A DNA stretch of 64,000 nt. It comes from Podarcis bocagei (Eukaryota). Where the stretch lies: the NCBI GenBank assembly GCA_964188305.1, contig OZ076895.1. One strand, given 5' to 3'. Shown one piece after another: positions 39,139 to 52,933 of the stretch. How positions within the stretch are numbered: position 1 is the stretch's first letter; every line of letters starts with the position of its first letter. The notes beneath the pieces were generated by a model. It was given only the letters and a program-made list of their open reading frames with translations. It made no database searches and was not told the DNA's origin. The position numbers and the translations under genes are program-made.

Positions 39139-40863
39139 CTGTTTGGAAGATTACCGATAAAAAAGCAATATTAAGAAGCAGCTCAGACAAAACTCAGACT
39201 ACTAAGAGATGCCTAACTATTTTTGATCCCTTTGTAAATCTTTTAACCAAAGAAAGCAATGGAAAATTGCTAAGCAGTTACAAATGAACTATACAAAACA
39301 TTGGTCTCAGGCTGTCAACTGGAGCAGCGTGGGAGTCTCCACCCAGGCACGTAACTGGTACTGAGCACATACCATATTTCCTACAATTAGTAGCAGATAA
39401 CTTCAATTCTCTCTCCCGAAATCTAACAACACTGTATTATAATGAGTTCTTCTAACAGCCTGCAGTCCATAAATCACATAAAATTCCAAGTGGAGATTGA
39501 AAGGTATGCCAAGTGGGTACCAATTTAACAGGCCCACTGCCAGCAGGGACTCCAGACTATGAGCTTTCATTTAAAAAATCTAGCCCTCCTAGAAATAAAC
39601 TTATAAAGCAAGATGTTCAGGTACCCTACTAAGCAATGTGCTAGGCTGTCTGCTCCTGTGTTTAAGTGTTTTTTAGCCAATGAATAAAGACAGAACTGTG
39701 GTTGAAGAGTGCACTTTGTGAGCATCAAGAGAAAGAAATTCATGGGATCCTAAAGAGCTTATGTTTTCCCCTCCCCTTTGGTGCACTTCTCCTGATTCCA
39801 TCTCATTTTGCAGCACTTGGAACCTCTGTAGTATACGCTTTTTTCTTATCAACCAGAATGCATCTTTCCTATGGTGGGTTTGTCTGAGATCACGTAGTCC
39901 CCAAAAGTTATTTTCTGAAATACTACTACACAGTAAGTGTAGCTGAATGTTAAAGAAAACCATGGTGAATTCAAAATTTGGAGCAATTGGGCATGTCTCC
40001 TGCTGTGCAGGATCTATGGTGCAAGCATTAATTAACAATTCATTGCATAGCTATCAGCAAAAGGGCACAAAGATTTGAATATGCAAATGTCCTCTTTTGT
40101 GAGTAGATCAGAGGTCCCAATACAGTGTACCAGGCCCAGAAAATCCTGATAGCACTCCTGCAGATTGAGCACCAACATAGTAATATGTCTCACTGACCAG
40201 TTTAAGATAGTCTGGTCATAGTATTCTCACCAACCAAAATTTCTGAAAGCTTTTAAGAGCAGCACCATGTAAAGTCATACTATCAAAGTTGTTGCTTTAG
40301 CAGGCTTCAGAATGAATTACTATGGTCAAAATTGTCTTCTGCAAGTAAGTGCAGCTTAGTATATCAGCAAAAGTGGTCCCAGCCCAGCATCCAGAAGCTG
40401 TTCCAGATCAAAGAAAACATCAAACTGGGAGCCTCCCTTTTCAGAGCAAATGAAGGCAGGCTGTACAACTAACTCCAGATCCACTGGTTCTCACAATCAA
40501 CAATATTTCTATCTTATTAGGATTGTTATTGCATATTCAATGACACACTGCTCCCTCTAGACAACTTCAGTGTCCACTGTCTCCCTAGGGTCTCATGAAA
40601 AAGAGTATGTGTGCCGAGTATCATCAGCGTACTGATGACTTTTCAACCAGGATTCCCAGACTAATGACCATGGGATATAACAGAATTCAACCGGCATCAT
40701 TTTATGGGTCCTCAGCCCTGGGTTGGTGGTACTGAACACCACTGAAAAGGCCAGAAGAATCAACTAACTTGAGTAGGAATTTATTTGGCAACTATAATAA
40801 CTGCAGCAAAAGTTCAGGATACAGTTATTCTACAGGAAGTTCAGACTTCTGGCAGCTGCTTAC

Positions 40864-41061
40864 CTCTGGATCTGCTAGGCGTTGGGATAACCCTACTACG
40901 AATACAAGATTCTTCTGTACAACCCGTACACTGGCCAGATGTTTACGATTCTCTGATATCTTCTGTTTTCTTTCATTTTGCTTCTGTTTCTTTTCATTTT
41001 TTATCCTTTGCAGCTCTTCTTGGGAGAGTGGTTTATACACTGCTGGATCTTCTGGATATGG
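40864..41061 (-). CDS. CNOT4: CNOT4 exon 3: coiled coil and start of RRM (PYPEDPAVYK...RLADPE)
   Basis: 198 nt, AG/GT boundaries, phase 0-0. Confidence 0.97.
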
Positions 41062-42535
41062 CTGATAAAAAGAAAAGTGGGTAAGCCTTGATTAATAATT
41101 TCCACATCACTGTTTCCTGCAAACCTCAAGCCCACTGCAATAGATGCTATATGAATGATATAGAAACAAGCAATGACTTCAAATAAATCTGAGCCCACCA
41201 AGGAATAGGTGTGCACTTTCTGCCAGTGAGGTTTCTTAAACTTTGATATCATCCTTTGCAAAGATGGGTGACATTTCCTCCCTTGAATTGTGCAGCAGCA
41301 GATAAAGGTAATGGTAGATAGGCTGCCATTACCTGTCTTCTCATTGTGAGAAGCTTGGTGCATTTCTATAGAATACAGAAAACATAGTGATTAGATGTAA
41401 ACTTGTTTCAAAGCAGGCATCTGAAAATATAATGGTTGATATTATACGAGTATGAGTGTCATGATAAAACACTAACAGTAACTTGTCACAAAAACACAAT
41501 ATATGACAATACCATGCTGATTAATACCTTTTTTAAAAAAAAAAAAAAAACCTTTTAAAAAAATCAAAAGCTTAAAGGGATGCAATGCAACATTCAGTTT
41601 TTTACACATGCCTCCCTTTAACCACCACTGGCACATGAAATGTGACCCACTTTATCAGGTCAATGAGTTCAAACAGCTGGGTCATCAGAAGCATTCAAAA
41701 CAAATGTCCTAGTGAAGTACTTAATGAGCATCTACAGATTTCAAACACCTCACCACATTACAGAAAAGGTGCAAATTTAGAAAAAAGATAGAGATGATGC
41801 AATAACCAAAACACATCTGTTCATTTAAAGAAGTTAAACTGAAAACAGTTTTAGGGTGGCACCTGGCTAAGTCTTACTTAGACCCACTGAAATAAATGAA
41901 CTTTAGTTTATTTCAATGGATGTACACTAAGCATCACTTAACTGAATACCACAAGTATACTAGCACAAGTAGTGTGGGAATTGCTTTTTCATGAGCAAAC
42001 AACATTTAAAGTGCCCCAGCTATGTTGCCAGATGCCCATCCCATGTGCTCCATCGAAGGATAAAAGTCCCTGATCCCTTGACCATATCAAGAAAACCATA
42101 GGTGAGAAGCCTCAGGCCCAGAGGCCAAGTGCTGCCTTCCAGGGTTCTCTAATCTGGCCTTCAGGACTTAGACACCCTTCACTGGCCCTACTCCATATTC
42201 TCCTCCAGCTCTTTTGCTTGGCTAGAATGTGTCCTTGAACAGTGACAATGTATCTTACTTATCTGGGTATCTTACACAGAAACCTGCTTCCCTTTTTGCC
42301 TGTTGCTCTGATAACAGGTCCTATGATGGGAGGAAAGTCTTTCCATCTGTCTGACCACCCTATTCCCACTTGCCCTGCCAACCAAGACACTTGTTGCAGA
42401 TTTCAGAGGAGACGACTGGAAACAGCTGTGGGTGGAAGAAGTGGGGGATACTGTATTGCCCTATGATATATGTACCACTAAACTGATGTTTACAGTGATA
42501 CTTGACCTCTGACAATTCATGAGTTCAGGAGAATA

Positions 42536-42755
42536 CAGTGGTGCCTCGCAAGACAAAATTAATTCGTTCTGTGAGGTTTTTCGTCTTGTGAAGCATGGTT
42601 TCCTGGGTATTAACGGATTTAAGAAAAAGGAAACAAACTTGCAAGACGTTTTCGTCTTGCGAAGCAAGCCCATAGGGAAATTCGTCTTGCGAAGCAACTC
42701 AAAAAACGAAAAACTCTTTCGTCTTGCGAGGCATTCGTCTTGCGAGGTACCACTG
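42536..42755. mobile_element. Tc1/mariner MITE, family A, copy 3 (internally deleted)
   Basis: Same TIRs, TA TSD, near-identical right half to copy 2. Confidence 0.9.
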
Positions 42756-42952
42756 TACTTTGCGGAAAGTATAGAACTCAAAAGTCAAACAAAGATCAAT
42801 ATTTCACTTAAAGGGACTCCATATTCCTCCCTGGTTTGACAGTGAACCCCAAGATAAAGTCTTAGGGGACAAGATACATCATGTTTAAAGCAACATTTCA
42901 TGTTGGTGAACCTTATTACATAACCAAATTTATTCTAATGAACTTAATATAC

Positions 42953-43126
42953 CTTTCTGCAAGCAGGGCAAAGCCCATTCTCATCAGTGCGAATACGATG
43001 CCAACAGAAGCGACAGATCTGGTAACCACAGGTGCAAGGGAAGAAGTTTATGTCATCAATTTCAAGAGGCTCCATACAAAGGGGGCATTCCACAGGGTCT
43101 TCCTTCGCATCTGGGCTGCGAGACAT
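42953..43126 (-). CDS. CNOT4: CNOT4 exon 2: start codon and RING finger (MSRSPDAKEDPVECPLCMEPL...CPACRK)
   Basis: C4C4 RING motif characteristic of NOT4; 174 nt; donor AAG|GTATAT. Confidence 0.98.
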
Positions 43127-43211
43127 CTCTGTTTTCGCACAGCAGCAAAAAAGTATATAATAACTTAAGGGAGGAATAGCACAGAAAACTAAAATGAAGA
43201 TACTTGAAGAT
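43127..43211 (-). other. CNOT4: CNOT4 exon 2, 5'UTR part
   Basis: Pyrimidine tract CTTTTTTCTTTTCCAG with acceptor AG at 43213-43212, upstream of the ATG. Confidence 0.75.
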
Positions 43212-43860
43212 CTGGAAAAGAAAAAAGATGAATGAATTACTATTTAAGTCTACACTGGAGCATAACCAATTAATTCACCCTGAATCAAAAAGCAGTTTAT
43301 AAGCTTGTTTTTTTAATTGCTTTTGCTTAAAATATTTCACAGCCTCCAACTTAGTTTTCAAGGGGTATTAACCCACAAAGTTTTCCACTCTCAGTGAACT
43401 GTGAAAAAGAGTGGCATCTAACCCTTTAGTTTCCCACTGTCATTTAAGCAAACATCTCAAATTATTTTACAACCCTTTGTTGTATAACAGCACAATGAAG
43501 TCCTCCAAGTAAAGAGCCAAAGTGAAAATTTCTTCAAATCTTTGTTCTTACATGATTCACAGAAAGCATTCTTATACGCTTTGGGGTTTGTAGCCCTCCC
43601 CCCAACCCTCAATATGTGGTGAAGACATTTACCACACTTAAAAATGAACCAATAGCCAAGCAGTATTCAATTGAGGGGAATGAAATTCCACAGCCGAGGG
43701 CTGGCATCAAGAAAAACCTCAACATGTCCTTGGATTTATAACACATGAGTATATTCTATATCTTAGAAATCACAATGGTATGTGGAGGTTGTATGCAAGC
43801 TCTCCAGTATAATTACTGTGATAGTAACTGGCCTGCAGCAGTCTGTTCAGTGATCAACTA

Positions 43861-44029
43861 CCGTATTTTTCGCTCTATAACACGCACCCGACCATAACAC
43901 ACACGTAGTTTTTAGAGGAGGAAAATCCGTAGGCATGCCACCTGTAGGCATTCCCTCCATAACACGCACAGACATTTCCCCTTACTTTTTAGGAGGAAAA
44001 AAGTGCGTGTTATGGTGCAAAAAATACGG
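43861..44029. mobile_element. pogo/mariner-type MITE with CCGTA termini
   Basis: TIRs CCGTATTTTTCGCTCTATAACACGCAC / GTGCGTGTTATGGTGCAAAAAATACGG, TA TSD. Confidence 0.85.
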
Positions 44030-46109
44030 TAAATCAATAGCAGTCAAATCTGCAGCCTTTGGTTTAATATAATATAGATGGAAAGGAAAGGAAAAACATG
44101 AGAAAAATTGTGTGACAGAAAGGAAGAAAAGGGGTACCCTGTCTCTTGCCCCACCCACTACCAGCATGTACCCCATGTACCAACATTATCTTGGAGGCAA
44201 TCTGACCTTCAGAAAGAAGGTTGCCAGCATTTGATTCTTTGGCAAACATTGCTCAGGCAGAGTTAGAGAAATTTTACATTTTATTCACTGAAGTGCCAGG
44301 GGTCCCTCAAACACATAAAGTCAGCTCAGAACCACCATCAATGCCAGCCCATGTAAATAGTGTTCATCTAAGTGTGCACCATTTGCAGTACTGAAGCAAA
44401 CAATTCTTGAATTGATTCGGAAAAGCACTGATATTATCAGTATGATTATCCCAAACAACCTCAATTTTTTTCCTGTAACACTTGCTCAATTTCCAGTGGA
44501 TCCCATCAATATGGCAAGATGAAAAACTAACTCAAAAAGCTCTTTACAAACATCAGCAAGCTGCCACTACTGGTTGCAGAAAAAAATGGAGCACAAGGAA
44601 TAGTGACTTCTACAACAATAGGTAGAACTAGGCCACAAATACAAACACAAGCATCTGGGAACTACAAGATAATAGCACAATTATCTTGGTGCCCAGAAGC
44701 AGATACTATTTAGAATTTAACATGAACTGGTGTGCTAAAAGTAACCTTAGGTACTATGTTGAGAAACTATAGTTGGGATTCTCTATACATGTAAAAGACT
44801 GATTTGTCCAAGTGTTTAACAAAGTTCATAATTTGTTTGGAACAAACTGAAATAGTTTTGCTTATCATAATGCAGTTCAAGATTTGTAATTAACAACACA
44901 AATGATATCTGAATATCCTGTCTTCTAATTTGCCCTACTTGTCCCTCAGTGGGCAAATACAACCAGATTCTAATCTAGAGAATGGGGTGTAGGTGTCAGC
45001 AAACACACTTAGAAATTCTTACTGAATTTCAGTGGAGTTACACTGACAGCAGAAGACAGAGATTTTCAGTCTTTTTGAGTCCATGGCTTCCTTGACCAAC
45101 TAAATTCTTTCTGCAGCACCACTGTGGGGCTCAGGAGCCCAGTTATGTCACCCCTTGCCTGCAGAGCTGGCAGCCTCTCATCCTTTTTCGAATACCCTCC
45201 CTTGTGGAGCGTCCCCTCAGCCTTCCCTCCCCGCTCCTTGGGAGTCCTCCGGGCAGCCGCTGTCACCGCCCCGGTCTCTGAGCTGTCCCCCACCCACCCC
45301 AAAGAGAGGTGCCTCCCTACACTGCCCCACAGGGGTCTGTGAAAAGGATGCTCCCAGCCTTAGTGCCCCAATGGAGACTTGCCAAAGGTGAATGTGAAGC
45401 CAGCGGCGCACTGGTTGAAAACCACTGGCATAAGAGTTAGGAGTGTCCTGCATAAAATGTATCTGAAGCAATCTGAAAGTGCTTTAAAATGAAATAACCA
45501 ATTGCTGAGCTTCTTGCCATCACATGTAAGTAAATTAACTAGATCCAAAACAGAAAATTTGGAAATACTTTATTGTACATTCCTTTTTGAATTTGTATCT
45601 TCTTCTTCCCAGAGAATCGCAAAGCAGCTAAATGGGAGCTATCTCATGCACAACCACCTTGCAAGGTAAGTGGATGAAACAATATTAGTCTGGGTCATCC
45701 AGTGAGCATTACGGATCAACAGGAATGTGAACTCAGGTCTCCTTGGTCGATGCCCCAAACTCTTGTTATCACCTAGAAATTCTGCAAATTTTTAGGGCTC
45801 CAATCTGCAGAAGTCAACCACAGCTTATACCTATTCATTACTACAGCTTGCATCCTTTTAACATCCATGGACATATAATGCAGGCCCATATATTAGTCCT
45901 GGTGAGCCTATAAGTCTCTTCTAAATGAAACTGGACACTTTAGCAAGACTTTCCTCAGTTTACTCCCCAGATACTATTTTTGGCACCCTGTTAAGTAACT
46001 GCTTTTTATACAGCAAACATCTTCTATTACAAACTTCATTAACTCAGCAGTCACAGCATGAACACATTTGCATGAAGTGTAACTACGCAAAATATATGTG
46101 CCGTCATTA

Positions 46110-46230
46110 AATGCACAGCTCCCCAGAATTCAAGGTGGAAACCCTCTCAACTCTACTTAGAGATGCAGGGGCTGGACCTAGGACCTTTTGCATGCAAAGC
46201 AGATACTCTACAGCTGAGCTATGGCCCTTC
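46110..46230 (-). mobile_element. Old tRNA-derived squamate SINE (related copies at about 17130-17290+, 47350-47525+, 54355-54530-)
   Basis: Minus strand GGGCCATAGCTCAGCTGTAGAGTATCTGCTTTGCATGCAAAAGGTCCTAGGTCCAG; several dispersed copies. Confidence 0.6.
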
Positions 46231-46844
46231 TCCACAGAAGATGAACTCCAATCTAAAAAACTTACCACCCAGACGTATAGTTCTATTTTGCAACTCTGAA
46301 GCATCATATTGCTGTATCTATACCACAGAGAATGGACATGGGGTCCACACACTGTCTATGAGTACTTCTGTGCTGCCCAGGAGTCTAGAAAATATCAAGT
46401 ACTGTAGTTTTACTGATACATGAACCACACAAGGCTAGAAACCATTTAAAATATTGCATCCTGAGTGACTAGGGATTTATTTCTTGAAACTAGCAAGACC
46501 ACAGCCCCAGCTGATGAGTCCTGCTTGTGAGTGTTGGTCCCAAAGTTTTGGTTTTTGTGGTTGGAAAAATAAGCTTGAGAACATGAGGGAAGAGTGCCCT
46601 AGAAGGTTCAGATATCAAATAAAGAAAACTGCACGCTTCCCAAGTTAATCCAATGAAGTTAAGACCTTGTCAGGAGTTAATACTGAGAAGGAAATTAAGC
46701 ACTCCAACATGAAGAAAGGATCAGTTCAAAAAAGGAAGCTGGTCAGGCTTCACTGTTTCCAACCACTTTTTCTAAAATTGTAGCATCATTAACAAAAGAG
46801 TACATAAATGTACATAGTATTATGATCACAGTGTTACTGTAGGT

Positions 46845-47047
46845 CAGAGCTTTCCAAACTGTATCGCGGCACATTAGTGTGTTGGCTGCAGTGTGTAGGT
46901 GTGTCACACAAACACTCCCCACGCTCCTTCCGGGGCTGGAAAGTGGTTAGTTTAACCTCCGGTTTGCTAGTAAAACTGAATTACTGTGTCGCAAAATGAT
47001 GCATGCCTAAAAGTGTGTCACCAACATGAAAAGTCTGGAAAGTTCTG
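46845..47047. mobile_element. hAT MITE
   Basis: TIRs CAGAGCTTTCCAAACT / AGTCTGGAAAGTTCTG; TSD CTGTAGGT / CTGTAGCT. Confidence 0.8.
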
Positions 47048-47879
47048 CTGTAGCTGTATAAAACCATATGCTATAGTCAGACTTGAACATTGGTTTCAGG
47101 AATGGACAGTTCACAAATAAGATAAAATTAAGTTGAACAAGAGAAACAGAAGAGCTAGAAGTTAGCATGGGTTAGATACAGAAAAAGATGCAGGTGAGAA
47201 CCTCTATAAGGAATGCACTACTATATACAAACCCTACACATAGGTTGTCATGTAACCATCACACAGGTGTACATTTTGCTGCATGCTTGCATCCAACATA
47301 TTCATAGGAGAGAACTATCATGGGCACTACTTAACAGTTAAGGAAAGAGTTGCAGCTGAGTGGTGCAGCAAATGCTTTTGGTACAAAAAGTCCCAGTTCA
47401 ATCCTTGGTAAGTCAAAGGAGGGCTGAGAAATATTTCTGTCTGAAACTCTCAGGAGCTGCTATCATTCAGTGTTGACAATACTGAACTAGATGAACCACT
47501 GGTCTAACTCTGCATAAGGCAAGCCTTCAGTTCGCCTCTGTTACTAGATCCAAGAAGTAAATACCTAGTCACTCAGGATGAAGCAATTTAACAGTTTCAA
47601 AGGTGTCTGGCCAAAAATCAGTGAAAGCCCAGAGCTTGAAAGCAATGAGATAAAACCTGCTGAAAATCAAAATATGCTAGTTTTACTGACTAGTAACTTT
47701 TTATTTAGAAAAGTTACTGAATTTTATTCTTCAAACAGATAAACTTTGGCAGGTTTGATTAAGAATTTATATAGGAAACACTGGGATGAAAGAGTCAGCT
47801 CAGCTCCACACTTATGTAGAAAAAGCCAAATCCTATCACATGAGACTGAGCACAGCAATTAACATAATGCTATTAGCGT

Positions 47880-48330
47880 AAGGCCATTATATCAGTCTGT
47901 AAATTGGCCACATTTAGAATTCTGTGCATAGATATAATCAATGCACCTCAAAAGAATATTAAACTTAAGGAGGTACAGAAAAAGACAACTAAGATTATTA
48001 GAAGGCTGAGAATTTATTGGACCACTTTAACAATGTCAAAAGGCTTTTAGGTTTTGGTTTTTCAATTTAGAGGGAAAGGAAAGATTAATGTGGAATCACA
48101 GTTAAGAAGCACAAAACACAATTTCTAAAATGCAGTCTCTTATTACAGCCACTGTGCCTTCTCACAGAGTTTCTTATTTCTAACAGAGGAAGCCCTGTAC
48201 TGTATGGCAGAAAAGTTCACCTATGCTTGCTAATTACATATATGCTACTCCAATAAGATTTATCATCTTACCTATTATTCCAGGTTAACTAGAGAGATTG
48301 TCAACAGCTAAGAACCTAAATTGCTGTTCA
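47880..48330 (+). mobile_element. Highly decayed CR1 3' fragment
   Basis: RP....HLEFC..., LKEVQKKTTKIIRRL-like remnants. Confidence 0.45.
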
Positions 48331-48433
48331 CATATGTACTGGTAACTATTTTTGAGATAAGCCACTATCTACGCAGCAGTCCTTATTTTAAGAGTTAGTT
48401 ACGGCAATATAGCCAGATTTCAAATATCTAGAG

Positions 48434-48570
48434 CAGGCTTCCTCAACCTTGGCCCTCCAGATGTTTTGAGACTACAATTCCCATCATCCCTGACCACTGG
48501 TCCTGCTAGCTAGGGATTATGGGAGTTGTAGGCCAAAAAACATCTGGAGGACAGAGGTTGAGGAAGCCTG
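48434..48570. mobile_element. hAT MITE, same family
   Basis: TIRs CAGGCTTCCTCAACCT / AGGTTGAGGAAGCCTG; perfect 8-bp TSD ATCTAGAG. Confidence 0.9.
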
Positions 48571-48755
48571 ATCTAGAGCAGCAGTCAGAATACTTACAAG
48601 CTACGTTTACTACCATGTACTCAATGTTCTAACTTTGGTCTTAATTTAAACATGGTAGACAAAGGTAGACAAAGTCCTACTTATGTGCTCACATTCTTAA
48701 GAAAAATGCCATTTCAGGCCAATACTGCATAGAGAAATATGCTGGGGAGAATTAA

Positions 48756-49017
48756 AGGCTTGTCCACACATCTGCTTGCCCTGCCACATTTCTCGAAAAA
48801 TGCTCTTTACTGCTGAATCGGAGAAAACGCCAACTGGGTTTTCAGCAGATTGACGTTTGCTCCAATTCAGTGGTAAAAGAGCTGGTTTTGCCAGGGAAAG
48901 ATGTGGAACAAATGTAAAACCACTCAGACCCATGCCTAGAAAGCAGAGGACAAGCAGAAAACCTTTTGGACCCCTGCTTTCAAGGAATGGGACAAGCGGA
49001 CATGTGTCCGAGCCCCC
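48756..49017. mobile_element. Palindromic MITE (possibly PIF/Harbinger-like)
   Basis: Imperfect inverted ends GGCTTGTCCACACATCTGCTTG / CAAGCGGACATGTGTCCGAGCC, with an internal hairpin at about 48802-48882. Confidence 0.5.
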
Positions 49018-50332
49018 AGATTGAACCGACCAAGTCAACAGTCTTTTGGAACTTATGAATCATGAAATATATGCTTTAGTAAAAGTATTTTTTGGGAGGG
49101 AGAATTATTACTATTTTTATTGTTCTTATTATTATCAAAATTAGTATAGCACCCTATACCTGCAGGTCTCAGGGCAGTTCACAACATAAATCACAATATC
49201 AAAATACATAATAAAAATAAGAGCAACCTAATAATCCCCCCTAATTAATATGCAAGTTTAATACCCTTTAAAATGAAGAGAAGCAAAGCAGTTCTAAGTT
49301 CAGAAGCCTTATCCTTTGCCATACACCAGTGAGAGTTAGAGAGCTCAATGGTTGATTTATACATGCAACAAGGTCTTTACCTAACCTCAATGAAACCCTG
49401 ATTGCTTACCCTAGGGTTGTCCTATTACAAAAAGTGAAAATAAAATTGTTGAGCTTTTTTTCCCCTTGCCAAAGCTGTTGAGCTTTTTATGAGGGTCAAA
49501 TCCAGGCTATGTCTGGGAAATTCTGGACATACGGCAGCCCTAGCTTACTCTGTAATTACCACTTGGGGATACACCTAACACAAGGACGTTTTTTGAAGAT
49601 GTTTCTCATGCCAACAGGTTACTTCTGCTTATGTGAAACCAAAACATACAACTGCTGGGCATGTGCTCTAATTTAATCACAAGTGCTATGGAAGAACAAT
49701 ATCATGAGCGGCACAGCATTGGAATAGTAAATATATATATATGTATTTCTTTCATCAAGTTTCCTAGATGCAGTTTCTCATCAGGGTACCTTCAAGTAGC
49801 AGCAGCTATCTACCAAATCTTTTCTTTTACAGGTGACTTGCAGCCATCTGTGTATATGCAGCTACTGAATGACATATTGGTGTGAACAGCTTTATACATG
49901 TGTGCAGACAAACCCAGACAAGTTTTCTATCAGGAGTTTTAAAATCCAGTCTAGATTAGTCCAACACATCACCAAAATAGAAGCTGGTATTATTGTTTTT
50001 GAAAATGCCACAAGGATAATAAGTAAGATTATATAAACTTGAAACATATCTTTAAAGTTCTGGAAAAGAATCAGAGCTTGTACAATTACTTTTCTCTGCA
50101 TTCAGCAGTTATATCTTGATCTGAAATAAGTTTACAAGCAGCTTCTCTTTCTTGATATAGTAAGCGGAAGGGCTTTCTTGATATAGAATATTATGAAGGA
50201 ACTTCTTTTTATTAGTTACTCAAATGTTAGCTTTTCTGGGGAATGAAAAGAATGCTTCAAAAAGTTTTTATATTGCTTGCCATAAAATCAGTGGACAACA
50301 GACAATTCAAGTACAGCCTATGCAAACATGTG

Positions 50333-50510
50333 ATTCATGGAATCATAAAATCGTAGAGTTGGAAGGGACCCTGAGGGTCATGTAATCCAACCCACTGCAA
50401 TGCAGGAATCTCAATTAAATCATACATGACAGATGGCCATCCAACCTCTGCTTAAAACTGCCAAGGAAGGAGAGTCCACCACCTCTTGTGGGAATCTGTT
50501 CCACTTCACA
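50333..50510 (-). mobile_element. CR1 LINE 3' end
   Basis: GAATCATAAAATCGTAGAGTTGGAAGGGACC...CCATCCAACCTCTGCTTAAA. Confidence 0.78.
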
Positions 50511-52573
50511 ACAGAAGAGTCCTACCATTTAACTCTTAGCCCAAACAGTGAATAGACTCCATCAGGAGATATGAGCTAGTTCACAACATTTCCTTAAAAT
50601 AAAGCCCATTTTCACACATTAGGTAAAGCATTTGTAGTGACATTAGTACCCTTTCTTTTCACAAGTTCATTATTCTAGCATATGATACATATCATGTATT
50701 TGTAGAAGGCAGAGAAAAAACCATTATCATTGATTCTTAAGAGGAACAAAGAACTAAATTCTTATTATAAGATCACAATGAGCCAGTGTAATATAACTGC
50801 AAAGATAGCTAATGAGTACTGGAGGGTTATCCTCATGATTCACCAAAGAGAAAACCTTGATCACATTCTCTCCACTGGTACAATGATATACCCATGCACG
50901 TGAACAGAAAGCAAGATCTCTCATTAGAAACTGGAATTACTTCTGTTTTGGAATGATAATGTTTTATGTGTAAATACTGTTCTAAGATTCCATAAAACAG
51001 TTTAGCACAATGTTGATTCTTTACTTTCTTTACCATTTACCAACTTACAAAAAGATATGCTTAAGCACCTTATGGTACAGTACATTTTAAATTAGCCAAG
51101 ACTTCAGGGAACAAAACAGCCTATGAACACAAGAGACAGAGTGGGGAAAGAAGCAGGAAACTAGAGTTGGGAACTGAAGACTAATGGAATAGTATGATTT
51201 CCCACCAATTACCCTGTCCTCACAACCACCTTATGATACAGTTGCTTGAGAGTTTCTCCCATCAAAGTCAAACCTGACAGTAAATCACACTGGGTATATC
51301 AAATTTGAAAAGAGCAGAAATTTGGACTTTTCCATGTGGAGCCTTTAGTCCCTAACCCATAGCTCAGAGTTTTACACTGTCATTGTTCCTTCATATGCAC
51401 ATTATCTCGCTGTCTGAAGCCTAATGGGGGGCGGGAAGAAAAATGTAATGAAACTGATAAACTCTTCGTTTGTGCAAGCTAAGCATCTGCATAGCAGATA
51501 AAAACAAATTTCAGAGGGACAAGTTGGTATATAATACTGATTTATTTCAAACCTAACCTAAATTCCCTACCTTAAGCATATGAAAGGTATATGGGTAACC
51601 CCGTTTTAGGTGTGACCAATATGTGTGCAATTGCACACACATGCTGAACCTGCAAATGTCATAAAATATGTCACTAAAAGGGTGGAACAGGGGCAAGCGT
51701 GCAATGGCCAAGAATCCAACCCCTGCGCAAATCGGGGGTTGCCTGCATGCATATCTTAATAGAACATTAAATAATGCACTCTTGTATGTTGCTTGGAAAT
51801 GCACAGCTGACAGGAGGTAAATTGATCTCTATTACTAGTCAGGTGACAATGCGTCACCGGGAGGGTGAACCACCTGACTTTCAGGAAAAATAACATGACA
51901 TAGGGGAGGCCAACCAGGCCCAATTCATCAAGGTAGCATGGCTGCTCCAATGCCTGAACTGCAGCTAAAATATTACATCCATTTTTCACATGGTCTAGTC
52001 CTTCCCCTGCCCATCCCCCTAATAGTCTTAAGAGGGTCTCTTCTCCAGTCTTCGAAGAGTAGCTGGAGGCACGGAGGCAGAAAAAGGTACTCCTTTCCTT
52101 CCACTCTGCAGTTTTAATCTGAAATCTTAGGTGCAGTACTGTGCCCAGAACTCAGAAACGGCTCACACTAGTGCAAATACCTGTCGCAAAATGCGCCTAG
52201 AACAATGGGAGTTTTGAACACTGCCTGAGACAATTTTGCTGTTTTACCGTTTTGTCTTTTGTATATCTCTGATTACTGTTTAAGTATGTATCTTACATTG
52301 TAAAGTATCTGAAGTGCACTGGAATAAATGTGGTTTATAAACACAGTACTATTAAACATACATTCTGGTACAAGCTAAATCTACAGCTTCAAAAAAGTTA
52401 ATGTCAAATCAGAAATTAATACGCCACCATACAATGGCAGGTGTGTGGCATTCAAAGTACACCGAGGTTGTCAACTGGACATTTTTCTAGGTGACTCTTG
52501 CAGAGCACAAATAACTAGCAAGTTTTCTCAAGAACTCTATGAAAGGTTAACACAACTACACACCTGCAATCTA

Positions 52574-52933
52574 GGTAAAGGTAAAGCTACCCCTGACCGC
52601 TAGGTCCAGTCGCAGATGACTCTGGGGTTGCGCGCTCATCTCGCTCTATAGGCCAAGGAGCCAGCGTTTGTCCGCAGACAAACTTCCGGGTAATGTGGCC
52701 AGCATGACTAAGCTGCTTCTGGCGAACCAGATCAGCGCACAGAAACACCGTTTACCTTCCAGCCGGAGGGGGACCTATTTATCTACTTGCACTGCGTACT
52801 TTCAAACTGCTAGGTGGGCAGGAGCTGGGACCGAACAACGTGAGCTCACCCCGTCACGGGGATGCAAACCGTCGACCTTCTGATTGGCAAGCCCTAGGCT
52901 CTGTGGTTTAGACCACAGCACCACCCACGTCCC
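52574..52933 (-). mobile_element. Sauria SINE
   Basis: Homologous to the 35844 copy; TSD TGCAATCTA. Confidence 0.9.

Noticed and set aside
26135-41084. Plus-strand ORFs antisense to CNOT4 exons 3, 9 and 10
   Set aside because: Shadow ORFs of true coding exons.
38291-42839. Two ORFs sharing KKKETNLQDVFVLRSKPIGKFVLRS
   Set aside because: Both fall within copies of the same non-coding MITE; there is no transposase signature.
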